Positions 21,372 to 31,647 of a DNA stretch of 64,000 nt are shown here, one piece after another. The stretch is from an uncultured cyanobacterium (GTDB lineage: Bacteria; Cyanobacteriota; Cyanobacteriia; Cyanobacteriales; Cyanobacteriaceae). Numbering within the stretch: position 1 is the first letter of the stretch; every line of letters starts with the position of its first letter. Made by a program: the position numbers and the translations under genes. The DNA lies in contig CAVVOP010000008.1 in the NCBI GenBank assembly GCA_963749915.1, forward strand, positions 736,001-800,000, given 5' to 3'. The notes under the pieces were generated by a model, which saw only the letters and a list, made by a program, of their open reading frames with translations, made no database searches and was not told the origin of the DNA.

Positions 21372-22370
21372 ATGGATTTAAATACAACTTACATGGGTTT
21401 ACAACTCAAATCACCTTTAGTCGTAGGTGCATCTGCACCCCTTACCGAAGAGATAGATAATATCAAACTCATTGAAGATGCTGGAGGGGCGGCAGTGGTT
21501 TTACACTCATTTTTCGAAGAACAGTTACAAAAAGAAAGATTAGAGTTACAGTATCATTTAACTCATGGTACTCAAAGTTTTGCTGAGGCTTTAACTTATT
21601 TTCCCGAACCGGAAATATTCCATATTGGGGAGGAAGAATATCTTAACCACATTCGTAAAGCCAAAGAATCAACGAATATTCCCATTATTGCCTCCCTCAA
21701 TGGTTATGATTTGGGAGGATGGATCCATTATGCTAAACAAATTGAACAAGCTGGGGCAGATGCCATTGAATTAAACATTTATTATGTACCTACGGACATG
21801 AATATCAGTGGTGCACAAATAGAGCAAAATTACCTGGATATTCTCCAAGGTGTTAAAGCCGATATAAAAATTCCCGTAGCCATTAAGGTTAGCCCTTTTT
21901 TTAGTAATATGGCGAATATGGCAAGAAAATTAGCAGATAGTGGTGCTGACGCTCTTGTTTTATTCAATCGTTTTTATCAACCAGATATTGACTTGAAAGA
22001 ATTGGAAGTAATCCCCCATTTGTTATTAAGTACCCCCCAAGCCATGCGTTTGCCCATGCGTTGGATTGCTATTTTATACGGAAGAATAAAAACAGATTTT
22101 GCGGCTACCAGTGGTATTCATCACGGTGAAGACGTAATTAAAATGATGATGGTGGGGGCAAACGTAACCATGATTGTCAGTAGTTTATTGCGTCATGGTA
22201 TCCCTTATCTTAAGGATATAGAACAGGAAATTCGTCAATGGATGGAAGAAAATGAGTATGAATCAATTAAACAAATGCAGGGTAGTATGAGTCAGTTATA
22301 TTGTCCTGATGAGAGTGCTTTTGAAAGAGCTCAATATATGAGAGCCATTCAAACTTATCAACCTGTGTGA
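21372..22370 (+). CDS. Dihydroorotate dehydrogenase-like flavoprotein (PFOR-associated)
   Basis: MDLNTTYMGLQLKSPLVVGASAPL, GADAIELNIY, LVLFNRFYQPDID, ATSGIH; typical neighbour of nifJ. Confidence 0.9.
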   Translation: MDLNTTYMGLQLKSPLVVGASAPLTEEIDNIKLIEDAGGAAVVLHSFFEEQLQKERLELQYHLTHGTQSFAEALTYFPEPEIFHIGEEEYLNHIRKAKESTNIPIIASLNGYDLGGWIHYAKQIEQAGADAIELNIYYVPTDMNISGAQIEQNYLDILQGVKADIKIPVAIKVSPFFSNMANMARKLADSGADALVLFNRFYQPDIDLKELEVIPHLLLSTPQAMRLPMRWIAILYGRIKTDFAATSGIHHGEDVIKMMMVGANVTMIVSSLLRHGIPYLKDIEQEIRQWMEENEYESIKQMQGSMSQLYCPDESAFERAQYMRAIQTYQPV

Positions 22371-22521
22371 CAAGACACTACTTTTGATACTTCTTCCGTA
22401 ATGTAAATGATCAAAGCCTATTTCCTCATTGACAGATACTTTATTTTGGCATTTATTTGGGGAATATTACCCATAAAAACGCTAGGATGGATCAAATAAA
22501 ATTCAATCATTGTTTCTTTCT

Positions 22522-23040
22522 ATGGCATCATCTACAGAGGTTAAAAAATACTTAGCATATTGGTTTCAACTGGGGAAAAAAATCAATATTCCTCGTCGTA
22601 ATATATCTTTATTGCCTTCTAAAATTATTATTGGCGATCAGTATAGTATAGAATTTGAAGAATGTTGGGCGTTAGTCACCGATGGAAAAACAGGAGATTC
22701 TTATTTAGAAGGGACAACACAAAGTATTCAAGAGTTATTATCATCTAAATGGGAGATAACCAATTGTGCCCGTTGTGAGATGCCCGTACCTATAATACAG
22801 ATAGGGCTACAAAGTGGAGACTGTGTTTGTAGTGATGTGGAAGGTTGGCCTAATAATGAGTTGCCTAAGCCACGAAGTCCAATTGATCATAAAGAGAAGT
22901 TGATAATGATTAAAAATTCTCTCGATAAAAGTCCATCAAAAGCCTTCAAAAAAACTCTGAAATTAAGAAATTCTTTTGACAAAAAAAGTGGTCCTTCCAG
23001 TAATTCTCATCTCAAAAATTATAATAGTATTTATTTGTAA
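22522..23040 (+). CDS. Conserved cyanobacterial hypothetical protein (Cys-containing)
   Basis: MASSTEVKKYLAYWFQLGKK...CARCEMPVP...CVCSD..WPN motif pattern; ATG at 22522. Confidence 0.8.
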   Translation: MASSTEVKKYLAYWFQLGKKINIPRRNISLLPSKIIIGDQYSIEFEECWALVTDGKTGDSYLEGTTQSIQELLSSKWEITNCARCEMPVPIIQIGLQSGDCVCSDVEGWPNNELPKPRSPIDHKEKLIMIKNSLDKSPSKAFKKTLKLRNSFDKKSGPSSNSHLKNYNSIYL

Positions 23041-23152
23041 ACACAGAAAAAAAATCTCCATGTTGACAGCAATAATTTCTCATTATTCTTTTGTTTCTTT
23101 ATATTGTAATAATATTTCAAGAAAATTACACAACTTGGAAGCTTAATTATGA

Positions 23153-23335
23153 AGAAACCACTGTAACTGGCTTTCGGCCATCGCTGCCTCAGTCCTAACG
23201 TCGGTTTAAATACCTGATTCTCCGTGGCAGCGGGATCGCTTGCGCTGCTGCAAGCAGTTCGCCTAACTTTCCAAGTCGTGTGAGACAAAGAAGATAATAC
23301 AAACTCAAGGAAAAATGGTCTTTTCAAGGATTTCT
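23153..23335 (-). ncRNA. ssrS: 6S RNA (SsrS/SsaA)
   Basis: 183 nt. On the minus strand the 5' end AGAAAUC pairs with the 3' end GGUUUCU. CCAUU/GAUGG and CCUUGAG/CUGAGG stems work with G-U pairs only in the minus orientation. The core AGUUAGGCGAACUGCUUGCAGCAGCGCAAGCGAUCCCGCUGCC is recognised as cyanobacterial 6S RNA. Confidence 0.88.
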
Positions 23336-23391
23336 GTAATACTTGTAAGCGAATATTTGTTGTACGGTATTCCCCCTTGTCTACTTTCCCT

Positions 23392-23820
23392 CTAAATTTT
23401 GCCTCTTATTTCTTCAATTACTTCATCTCTAAGAATAATTTCGATATTGAGTTTTTCCACTAAATTGTCCCCTTCTTGAACATCAAAAAAGCTTTCCATT
23501 TGTGCTTGAAATACTTCTTGTCCTAATTCTAATAATTGAACTTGTTGCATTTGTTGTAAAAGTTGGTTTTTTTGTTGCAGCATTTCCCCTTTTTTCTGGG
23601 TAACTTGTCCTTGGATATTTTCTATTTGTTGAGCGGCTTGTAAACTACCTTGTTTTCTAATTTCAATGATGGCACTTTGTCCTTGTTGATCTATTTGTAA
23701 CATTTGTTGATCTATTTGACTAATTTGTGCTTGTAACTGTTGTTGGGCTTTTTCTTGCCATGCGGGAGTGACAATGACTTTCACGTTAATCGGACGTTTT
23801 AAAGTTAATTTCGATGCCAT
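23392..23820 (-). CDS. YlqD-family protein
   Basis: LKRPINVKVIVTP N-terminus, Gln-rich coiled coil, C-terminal GDNLVEKLNIEIILRDEVIEEIRG. Confidence 0.85.
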   Translation of the reverse strand: MASKLTLKRPINVKVIVTPAWQEKAQQQLQAQISQIDQQMLQIDQQGQSAIIEIRKQGSLQAAQQIENIQGQVTQKKGEMLQQKNQLLQQMQQVQLLELGQEVFQAQMESFFDVQEGDNLVEKLNIEIILRDEVIEEIRGKI

Positions 23821-23871
23821 GATAATTAAATTTTCTCCATTTTTATAGTTGATTATCGAATTAGTTAATTG

Positions 23872-25794
23872 TCAATTGTTAAATATCGAATCAATCATAT
23901 CCTGATAATGGCTTGTTATCACGGGGCGTTTAATTTTTAGGGTTTGAGTCATCATACCATTGTCCATGGAAAAAGGCTCTAAAATCAATTTAAAAACAGC
24001 GATACGGTCGTCGGGACGGTATCCGGCTCTATTTTTAACCTCGCGATTTAATTCTTGTTTATAGAGGCTTATAACTTCTTTTCTATAAAGATCGCTATTT
24101 TCGATGGCCTCTCTGGTAGCATTTTGGGCGGGAAATCTTAAGTTGAGATTTTGAGATTGTTCCCATTTTTGCAAAGCATCGAGATTCGGCACAATTAACG
24201 CCCCTAAATACTTTTGATCTTGTCCTACTACCATAATCTGATCAATATAAGGACTGCGCACACAAGCATCTTCAATGGGTTGAGGCTCGATATTTTCCCC
24301 GTTACTCAAGACGATAGTATCTTTTGCTCGTCCCGTAATTACTAAATCATTATCAGGTGTTACCCAACCGAGATCCCCACTGTTAAACCATCCATCTTCG
24401 TCGATGGCTTTAGCTGTAGCAGAGGGGTTTTTATAATAACCTTGCATTACTTGAGCACCTCGAATACACACTAAGCCAATTTTGCCTTGGGGTAGGCTTT
24501 CTCTAGTTTCAGGCTCAATAATTTTGATTTCCGTTTCGGGGATCGGCGGTCCAGACGCACCCACAATATTACGATCGACTCTTCTCGCATTGGTGACGGG
24601 AGAAGTTTCCGTTAAGCCGTAGCCAACAATTAAGGGAATGCCCACAATTTGAAAGAAATTGTCAATGTGTTTCGCCAATGACCCACCACCGCTAATCCAT
24701 GTTTTTACGCAACCACCGACACCATCTCGTATTTTTTGATACACTAATTTATCCCCTAATTTGTGCAGGGGTAGTAATAATAATGCTTGAATTCGGGCGG
24801 TGATTTTTTCTAAGACACTAGGGTTTAAGTTGTCGAGGGTCAAGCTTTTATAAATCCTTGTTGCTTCTAAATATTTTTCCGATATTGACAGGAAGAAAAA
24901 GACGATTTTTTGTTGATTTTTACTACCATCTCGAAATTGTTTTTGTACTCCTTCATAGATAGATTCCCACAAACGAGGCACTCCCACCATAAAATGGGGA
25001 CGATATTTCTTCAAATCCTGCTTAAAATAGCGAATGTTGGTGTAAATTAACGTTGTACCCCTGGATAGTAAGAAATACTCTGCGGCCCTTTCGTAAGAGT
25101 GCCAACTTGGCAAGATACTTAAAATGCGATCGCCGGGTAACGGTTTAATCACAGTTTCTAAATAGCGTACTTGATGGAGTAAATTACCATGAGTTAACAT
25201 TACTCCTTTCGGTTGTCCTGTGGTGCCTGAAGTGTAGATTAAAGTCGCTAAGTCATCTAAGTTTTTCGAGACGGGGGTAAAACCATGATTTTCGCCTAGC
25301 TGCATAAATTGCTCAAAATTATGGATAGGTTGAGAAAATGCCTCTTCGATGGCTTCATCGGACAATAAAATGATCGATTTTAATTTAAATTCTTCTAATT
25401 CCGGCTGTAATTTTTTGAGGGTAGCTAAATCTTGGATAACGAGCATAACACTATCACTATGACCTAAAATATATAACAATTCTCCCCGATCAGCTTGGGA
25501 TGAGCGAACAGCATCAATACAGCCATTGCGAATTATACCTTGATCCGCCATCAACCAACGGGGACTATTATCCGCAAAAAGGGCAATTTTTTCCCCAGGT
25601 TCAATGCCTAAAAATTGTAAACCTGCGGCGAATTGTTTAATATGGCCATCGACTTCTCTATAGGTTAGATTAATACTGGGGTGAGTGTGAGGATCAGATA
25701 AGGCGATAATGTCCCCAAATTGGGGCACTACCAAATCCCAAATTTCACCAAGGGAATTAACCTGGAAATAATTGCGATGGTTACCTTGATTCAT
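23872..25794 (-). CDS. aas: Long-chain acyl-ACP/CoA synthetase (Aas-like)
   Basis: AMP-binding YTSGTTGQPKG, GYGLTETSP, SGDLG, ITGRAKDTIVLSNGENIEP. Confidence 0.9.
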   Translation of the reverse strand: MNQGNHRNYFQVNSLGEIWDLVVPQFGDIIALSDPHTHPSINLTYREVDGHIKQFAAGLQFLGIEPGEKIALFADNSPRWLMADQGIIRNGCIDAVRSSQADRGELLYILGHSDSVMLVIQDLATLKKLQPELEEFKLKSIILLSDEAIEEAFSQPIHNFEQFMQLGENHGFTPVSKNLDDLATLIYTSGTTGQPKGVMLTHGNLLHQVRYLETVIKPLPGDRILSILPSWHSYERAAEYFLLSRGTTLIYTNIRYFKQDLKKYRPHFMVGVPRLWESIYEGVQKQFRDGSKNQQKIVFFFLSISEKYLEATRIYKSLTLDNLNPSVLEKITARIQALLLLPLHKLGDKLVYQKIRDGVGGCVKTWISGGGSLAKHIDNFFQIVGIPLIVGYGLTETSPVTNARRVDRNIVGASGPPIPETEIKIIEPETRESLPQGKIGLVCIRGAQVMQGYYKNPSATAKAIDEDGWFNSGDLGWVTPDNDLVITGRAKDTIVLSNGENIEPQPIEDACVRSPYIDQIMVVGQDQKYLGALIVPNLDALQKWEQSQNLNLRFPAQNATREAIENSDLYRKEVISLYKQELNREVKNRAGYRPDDRIAVFKLILEPFSMDNGMMTQTLKIKRPVITSHYQDMIDSIFNN

Positions 25795-25963
25795 GATTCA
25801 ACTTTTTTTTTACTATAGTTTCGTTTTTATCATAAACCCTTCATTCTTATTTATTGGCTATGGATAGGTAGAAAAAAAAATTGGCACAAAGGAATTTACA
25901 AACAATGAAAAACAGAAAATTATAATTTAACTGCTTTCACAATTACTTTTTATTTTTCAACCC

Positions 25964-26443
25964 ATGATTGCAATTTACCCCGGCAGTTTTGATCCTATCA
26001 CCCTCGGACATCTTGATCTGATTCAACGCAGTAGTATTTTGTTTGAGAAAGTCATCGTTGCCGTCTTAAAAAACCCTCAGAAACAACCACTGTTTACAGT
26101 GGAAAAAAGGGTGCAACAAATAAAAGAATGTACTCAAGATATTCTAAATATAGAGGTAGATAGTTTTACTGGTTTAACGGTAGAATATGCCAAAATGAAA
26201 CAGGCTGGGGTTTTATTAAGGGGTTTAAGAGTAATGTCTGATTTTGAGCAAGAGTTACAAATGGCTCATATAAATAAGACTTTAGAGCCTAAAATCGAAA
26301 CGGTTTTTTTAGCTACTAATACCGAACTCAGTTTTCTTAGTAGTAGTGTTGTCAAGGAAATTGCTAAATTCGGTGGTACAATCGATCATCTTGTAACCCC
26401 TAATATTGCCCAAGATTTGTATTCTGCCATAAAGAATAGTTAG
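25964..26443 (+). CDS. coaD: Phosphopantetheine adenylyltransferase
   Basis: [39 protein letters not shown]. Confidence 0.97.
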   Translation: MIAIYPGSFDPITLGHLDLIQRSSILFEKVIVAVLKNPQKQPLFTVEKRVQQIKECTQDILNIEVDSFTGLTVEYAKMKQAGVLLRGLRVMSDFEQELQMAHINKTLEPKIETVFLATNTELSFLSSSVVKEIAKFGGTIDHLVTPNIAQDLYSAIKNS

Positions 26444-26509
26444 AAGTTGAAATTCATTATTTATTAATAATTCATCATAGAGATAACCAATAGAAGGAAA
26501 AAAAAATTA

Positions 26510-27256
26510 ATGTCAGAAAGAGTCCAAAAAATTTTGAGAGAATGGGGTGTTGCTTCCCGTAGAGAAGCGGAAACCATGATTTTACAAGGAAGAGTGAAAG
26601 TTAATGGCGTGAATATTCAATTAGGAGATAAAGCTAATGCAGTGAAAGATACTATAGAAGTTGATGGTAAAATATTAAGTAATGATTATCGTCCTCGATT
26701 AGTTTATTTATTGTTGAATAAACCAAAAGGATACATTAGCACTTGCAATGATCCCCAAGGCAGAAAAACTGTCATGGATTTGTTGCCCTCTCATCTAAAA
26801 TCAGGACAAGGAATACATCCTGTTGGCAGACTCGATCGCAATTCTACAGGTGCATTATTATTAACTAATGATGGTTCTTTGACCGTTAGTTTAACTCATC
26901 CTCGTTATGATCTTCCGAAAATCTATCTTGTCACCCTAGAAGGTAATATACCTAACAAAATCCTACAACAATGGGCGGAGGGATTTATGTGGGAAGGGAA
27001 ACAAACTCTACCTACCGAAATTACCATTAACCAAAGAAGTGGAAATCAAACTAAGATGGAAATCACACTACGAGAAGGGCGTAATCGTCAAATTCGCAGA
27101 ATAGCGGAATTATTTGGTTATCCTGTGGTTAGTTTACACCGAAAAGCTATCGGCACCATTAAAATAGCCTCTTTATCTTCCGGTAATTATCGTAACTTAA
27201 CTATTCCAGAAATCCATGACTTGAGAAAAACTATTAAAGAAATGTCAGAAAATTAA
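26510..27256 (+). CDS. rRNA pseudouridine synthase (RsuA/RluB family)
   Basis: S4 domain ERVQKIL..ASRREAE, catalytic VGRLDRNSTG, EGRNRQIRR. Confidence 0.93.
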   Translation: MSERVQKILREWGVASRREAETMILQGRVKVNGVNIQLGDKANAVKDTIEVDGKILSNDYRPRLVYLLLNKPKGYISTCNDPQGRKTVMDLLPSHLKSGQGIHPVGRLDRNSTGALLLTNDGSLTVSLTHPRYDLPKIYLVTLEGNIPNKILQQWAEGFMWEGKQTLPTEITINQRSGNQTKMEITLREGRNRQIRRIAELFGYPVVSLHRKAIGTIKIASLSSGNYRNLTIPEIHDLRKTIKEMSEN

Positions 27257-27284
27257 AGTATTTAAAGAAGGAGTAAATTTAACT

Positions 27285-28100
27285 ATGAAATTCTTTGAAA
27301 AAACTCAAGAAGAAATCATCGATTATAATGAAATAAGACAACAACAACTAAAATTAATTAGTGTTGAACTTAAACAGAAAAGAATAGAAAATAACCTTGA
27401 TAAAAATATTATTTCCAATCAACTGCATATTCCTGTGAGTATTCTTAATGCCATTGAGTCTGCGGATTTACAGCATTTGCCTGAACCAGTCTTTACCAAA
27501 CAATTGATCAAAAAATATGCTAATTTCCTGAAACTCAACGGAGAAGATATTAGTAATAAATTTTCTACTGAACAAAATCCAAAACCACATAAAAAAAAAT
27601 CTTTTTTACATTCATTGAACTTTAGGTATTATCTAAATTTTAACTCTAAATACTTATATTTTTTCTATTTTCTGATACTTTTTTTCTCCATCAGAAGTTT
27701 AAGCAGTATCTTAGGGTCTCCTCAATTTGCTCAAATAAAAATGCCCCAAAAACCGGTAGTTGAAACCAACATCTCGCCAACTAATAATCCCCCAGTTAAG
27801 AAAACTCCCGAAGCAATACCCATGGCGAAGAAAAAAGAAGAAAAACCTCCTATCCCCAAGGAATTAATTATCAAAGTAACAGTAAAAGAGGACTCTTGGG
27901 TAAAAATTACAGTTGATGGGAAACCAGCCTTTGAAGGTATCCTGACTAAAGGGTCAGAAAAACAATGGATTGGAAAACAAAAAATCACTATTCGTGCTGG
28001 TAATTCCGGAGGGTTACTTGTTACTGTCAATGATGAAAAACCGAGGGAGTTGGGCAAATTAGGACAAGTAACTGATACTATCTTTGAAATACCAAGATAA
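27285..28100 (+). CDS. rodZ: RodZ-family protein (HTH, TM, DUF4115)
   Basis: HTH (LNAIESADLQHLPEPVF..YANFLKLNG), one TM segment, C-terminal SWVKITVDGK..IRAGNSGG. Confidence 0.85.
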   Translation: MKFFEKTQEEIIDYNEIRQQQLKLISVELKQKRIENNLDKNIISNQLHIPVSILNAIESADLQHLPEPVFTKQLIKKYANFLKLNGEDISNKFSTEQNPKPHKKKSFLHSLNFRYYLNFNSKYLYFFYFLILFFSIRSLSSILGSPQFAQIKMPQKPVVETNISPTNNPPVKKTPEAIPMAKKKEEKPPIPKELIIKVTVKEDSWVKITVDGKPAFEGILTKGSEKQWIGKQKITIRAGNSGGLLVTVNDEKPRELGKLGQVTDTIFEIPR

Positions 28101-28272
28101 TTTCAGGTAATAAGCTCATTTGCATCTAAGTTTCATCATTTTAAACCTGACAGTCCATTAGTACTCCAAAAATTTTGAGTTGAGGAGGAAGGCTTCCGAG
28201 TATTAGGGAATCGGAAATCGAAAGATGACTGAAAAATTTATAACTTTTGTTTTTTGTTTCTGTCTTAATAAA

Positions 28273-29139
28273 CTACGAGGAGACTTCGATGGTTATCTTG
28301 GCTGCATAAACTTCTTGTGGTTGTAAATAGTTTAATTGTTCTCCTGTATTGATGCTATTACGGGGTGCACTCCAAGGTTCTACACAAATGTAATCTTTAT
28401 CTTTTAATGTCCAAAATACAAGGGTAGAGAATAAATCGCTGTAAGTAATATCTACTTTTAAATTGCGCTTAGTATCTGAAAATAATGTTTGTTGTGTGTT
28501 TATTTGAGTAAAGGCAATATCTATTTCTTCACTGTCATAATCTAATTCTCCATTAAATGGATAAGTTTTATCCCCTTTTTTTGTGCGATATTCAACGGCA
28601 GGTATTTCCAATTTTAATTTACTTTTATCATTACAATAAAAATAAGGATGAAAACCTACAGAGAAGGGCATTTTTTTTTGAGATTTATTTTCGTATAATT
28701 GCTCGATAATTAGCTTATTACCTTGTAATTTATAGGTAAATTTTAACTCAAATTCGAAGGGATAAACCTTCAAGGTTTCGGGAGTACTTTTTAAGGATAA
28801 AACAAGGTTAGCGCAGGTGTCTGTAGATTGGCTTATAACTTGCCAAGGTAAGTCTCTCGCAAAACCGTGTTGTTTTAAAATATATTGTTTATCTTGATAA
28901 TAAAAAATATTATCAGGTAAGTTACCGCAAATCGGAAATAAAATGGGGATTCCGCCTCTAACACTCAATTGATGGTTTTTAAATCTTTCTTGATCTAAGT
29001 ATAAAATTTTTTGCCCTTGTATTGTCCAACCCGTAACAATTCCTCCTTTTTCAGGAACTATTTCTAATCGAGAGTTACTTTGTAAGTCTTTTAAAATATA
29101 GGTTAAATATTCTTCTTGTTTGATGGCGATATTAAACAT
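28273..29139 (-). CDS. Aldose 1-epimerase family protein
   Basis: RGGIPILFPICG, HGFARD, GFHPYF, YICVEPW. Confidence 0.92.
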   Translation of the reverse strand: MFNIAIKQEEYLTYILKDLQSNSRLEIVPEKGGIVTGWTIQGQKILYLDQERFKNHQLSVRGGIPILFPICGNLPDNIFYYQDKQYILKQHGFARDLPWQVISQSTDTCANLVLSLKSTPETLKVYPFEFELKFTYKLQGNKLIIEQLYENKSQKKMPFSVGFHPYFYCNDKSKLKLEIPAVEYRTKKGDKTYPFNGELDYDSEEIDIAFTQINTQQTLFSDTKRNLKVDITYSDLFSTLVFWTLKDKDYICVEPWSAPRNSINTGEQLNYLQPQEVYAAKITIEVSS

Positions 29140-29237
29140 ATTATTAAGATTCAGTAAAAAAGTTTCTTGATGAAGATGGGGAATAGTTTATTGAATAGAC
29201 AATTGATAAATGAAATAATATCCATTAATATTTATTA

Positions 29238-29933
29238 TTAATTAAAAGCAAAAATTTTTTGTAGATAATAAACAACGAATCCGCTAGCCACAGGCACCGT
29301 TAAATTATCAATTCCGATGGTAGAAAACATTTCTAATATCGTAGCAAATATTCCCACTATCAGTGCAATAATTAAATTTTGCCATTGCCAATCACCGTTA
29401 AAAGTAAGGATAAGAATCCCTACTGAAATACTAACTAATGTCATCGTTAATGATCCTTCCCAACTTTTTTTATTTCCCCACAGTTGATAAGGGTGTTTTC
29501 CCCATTTTTGACCGATTAATGCCGCCATGCCATCGCCATAACTCATGACCAAAATTCCTATGGCGGTAAATTGTTGTTGTCCATTTTTCCAAAATAAACT
29601 TGTTAAAATACCGATACTCATAGCGTAAAACAACGTGCCTAAACTTTTTCTACCGACTCCGTTGAGGCTTGGTAATATTGGCAAAAAATAGGATGCTATC
29701 GCCACAAAAGACGCCACTATGGAGGCAAGGATAATGATAGAACTGGGAATATTTAACCACCATGCCAATAAGATAACGTTACCAGTACCGATGTGAACTA
29801 TTTTGCGGGTTAATTCTGCATCGGTTTTTTGATAACGGCTAAGGATTTCGGCGATGAAGAATAGGATACCTAAATAACCGGCGATGATGGCAACGGAGAC
29901 AAAATTAGTAGATAAATCAGTTAACATCATCAT
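29238..29933 (-). CDS. Phytol/polyprenol kinase family protein (VTE5-like)
   Basis: TRKIVHIGTG, GDGMAALIGQKWG, KKSWEGS, GIDNLTVP; multi-TM; start may be one of the downstream Mets. Confidence 0.9.
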   Translation of the reverse strand: MMMLTDLSTNFVSVAIIAGYLGILFFIAEILSRYQKTDAELTRKIVHIGTGNVILLAWWLNIPSSIIILASIVASFVAIASYFLPILPSLNGVGRKSLGTLFYAMSIGILTSLFWKNGQQQFTAIGILVMSYGDGMAALIGQKWGKHPYQLWGNKKSWEGSLTMTLVSISVGILILTFNGDWQWQNLIIALIVGIFATILEMFSTIGIDNLTVPVASGFVVYYLQKIFAFN

Positions 29934-31299
29934 TCACAGGGGAATTGAAAAGAGGAAAAGAGGCAACTATAGCGATACATAACCACCATAAAGTATTAAC
30001 TTGAGGACGATACCACACGGTATCAAATAAGCCTTGAGTGGCTAAACCGGCGACGGCGGCAAGGGAGGCAATTACCCACATTGCTTGTTGATCATTTTTA
30101 GGCTTAAGTTTTTTAATCACTCGTATCCCCCGTTGAAAAGTGGCTATAATCACCCCTATAAAGGTAAGAATGCCGATTAAACCAGTTTCGAGGGTGATTT
30201 CGATAAAAATGGAATAAGCACTTAAAGCCGTGAAATTTGTTTGCATATACTGGGGATAAACCCTGTTAAAAACCTCATTTCCCGGACCGATTCCTGTTAA
30301 AGGATAGTCTTGAAACATTTTGAATGCGGATGTCCAAACATTAATGCGGAAGTTATTACTGCTGTCACCACGCCCTGAAAATATACTAAAAAGCCTAATT
30401 CTTAAAGGTTCATTAAATATTACACCAACACCGACTAAGGCTAAAAAACCACCAATAGCCAGAGGAATTAACCATTTACGCCAAAGGGAAGTTAAGTGTT
30501 CTTCCCACCAGAATTTAAAAGCCAATAAGAAGACAATTCCTGTGACTACTAATGCTAACCATGAGCCACGACTACCAGTAAAATAGATACAGGCAGTATT
30601 AATGACTAAAGCAAAACCTGCGAAAATTTTTTGCGGTAAAGTTTGCCAGAGAATCAAAGCAGTAAGGGAAAATGCCACCGCTGGAATTAAATAACTACCT
30701 AAAAGGTTCGGATTGCCTAAATAACTATAAACTCTTGTGACATCCGCTAGGGGTGAAGTGGGATCATTCCATGTAGCCAGAGGTTCTACGCCGATAAATT
30801 GTTGTCGGATTCCATAGGCACTAACGATTAAAGATATTAATAAATAAACCGTTGTCGTCCATGAGAGTAGTTTCGGGTGGCGAAAAACTCTAGTGGCTAA
30901 AGCAAAGAAAAGCAGATAAAGAGTGAATTTGATTAATCCTGATAACGCCTCTGATTTTAGGGGAGAAAAGGCGGTTGCTACCGCTGAAATTAACCAATAA
31001 GCAAAAATCCAAAGATGAATGGCGGTGATTTGATTAGTTTTAACTTCAGAAACAGTTAGTAATGCCCAAAATCCTCCACTGGCGAGTAAAATTACGCCGA
31101 TAAGGGTATTATTTGTAAAAGGTGCGGCGATAATTACTAAGCAAATTAAAATAGTAGCAATAACATCTTGATAACCTAAAAGATAACTGCTAGATTGCCA
31201 ATTCGATAATAAACCGATAATTTTGCCGATGATACTGGTTTTGCGCCAATACAAAAAAGGCGATTTTGTTTCCTCTGAAGAATATTCTGCTTGAGTCAT
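29917..31299 (-). CDS. ictB: IctB-family membrane protein (O-antigen ligase-like)
   Basis: PLATWNDP, RVYSYLGNPNLL, TGSRGSW, DSSNNFRINVW, GIGPGN..FN..YP, DTVWYRPQV. Confidence 0.93.
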   Translation of the reverse strand: MTQAEYSSEETKSPFLYWRKTSIIGKIIGLLSNWQSSSYLLGYQDVIATILICLVIIAAPFTNNTLIGVILLASGGFWALLTVSEVKTNQITAIHLWIFAYWLISAVATAFSPLKSEALSGLIKFTLYLLFFALATRVFRHPKLLSWTTTVYLLISLIVSAYGIRQQFIGVEPLATWNDPTSPLADVTRVYSYLGNPNLLGSYLIPAVAFSLTALILWQTLPQKIFAGFALVINTACIYFTGSRGSWLALVVTGIVFLLAFKFWWEEHLTSLWRKWLIPLAIGGFLALVGVGVIFNEPLRIRLFSIFSGRGDSSNNFRINVWTSAFKMFQDYPLTGIGPGNEVFNRVYPQYMQTNFTALSAYSIFIEITLETGLIGILTFIGVIIATFQRGIRVIKKLKPKNDQQAMWVIASLAAVAGLATQGLFDTVWYRPQVNTLWWLCIAIVASFPLFNSPVNDDVN

Positions 31300-31374
31300 A
31301 TTGACAGTGAACAGTGAACAATTAACAATTAAGTATAGTACAGTAAATCACTAACACTTGCTAATTACAACTAA

Positions 31375-31490
31375 TTGACATTCGCCCACCGTTGACCCTA
31401 CTGGTGTAACGGGAAATTTTTACTGTGCATGATTTTGAAGCACTCTGGACCGTCTTTTAACAGCCTTACCAGTACCTCACTTTTCACGGC
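31375..31490 (-). mobile_element. Possible IS200/IS605-family right-end remnant
   Basis: Minus strand reads ...TTTCCCGTTACACCAGTAGGGTCAACGGTGGGCGAATGTCAA: a subterminal hairpin followed by a GTCAA terminus, as in IS200/IS605 right ends. No tnpA or tnpB nearby. Confidence 0.45.
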
Positions 31491-31524
31491 CACTTTTCCC
31501 CCTTGTCTGCCTTGTCTCACCTTA

Positions 31525-31560
31525 TTTTATCGTTAATGTAAAAAACCTACACTTGTGAGG
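31525..31560 (-). repeat. 36-bp dispersed repeat, copy 2
   Basis: Exact reverse complement of 16814-16849. Confidence 0.85.
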
Positions 31561-31647
31561 GGGAGTGAACGGTTACATCTTGATTATCTTGATTTACTAG
31601 GATATTGGAAAAAGGCTATTTTTTTGGGTTTTTGTGGCAAACAAAGT

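Noticed and set aside
23031..23327. 98-aa minus-strand ORF
   Set aside because: Overlaps the 6S RNA, has a TTG start and no protein motif
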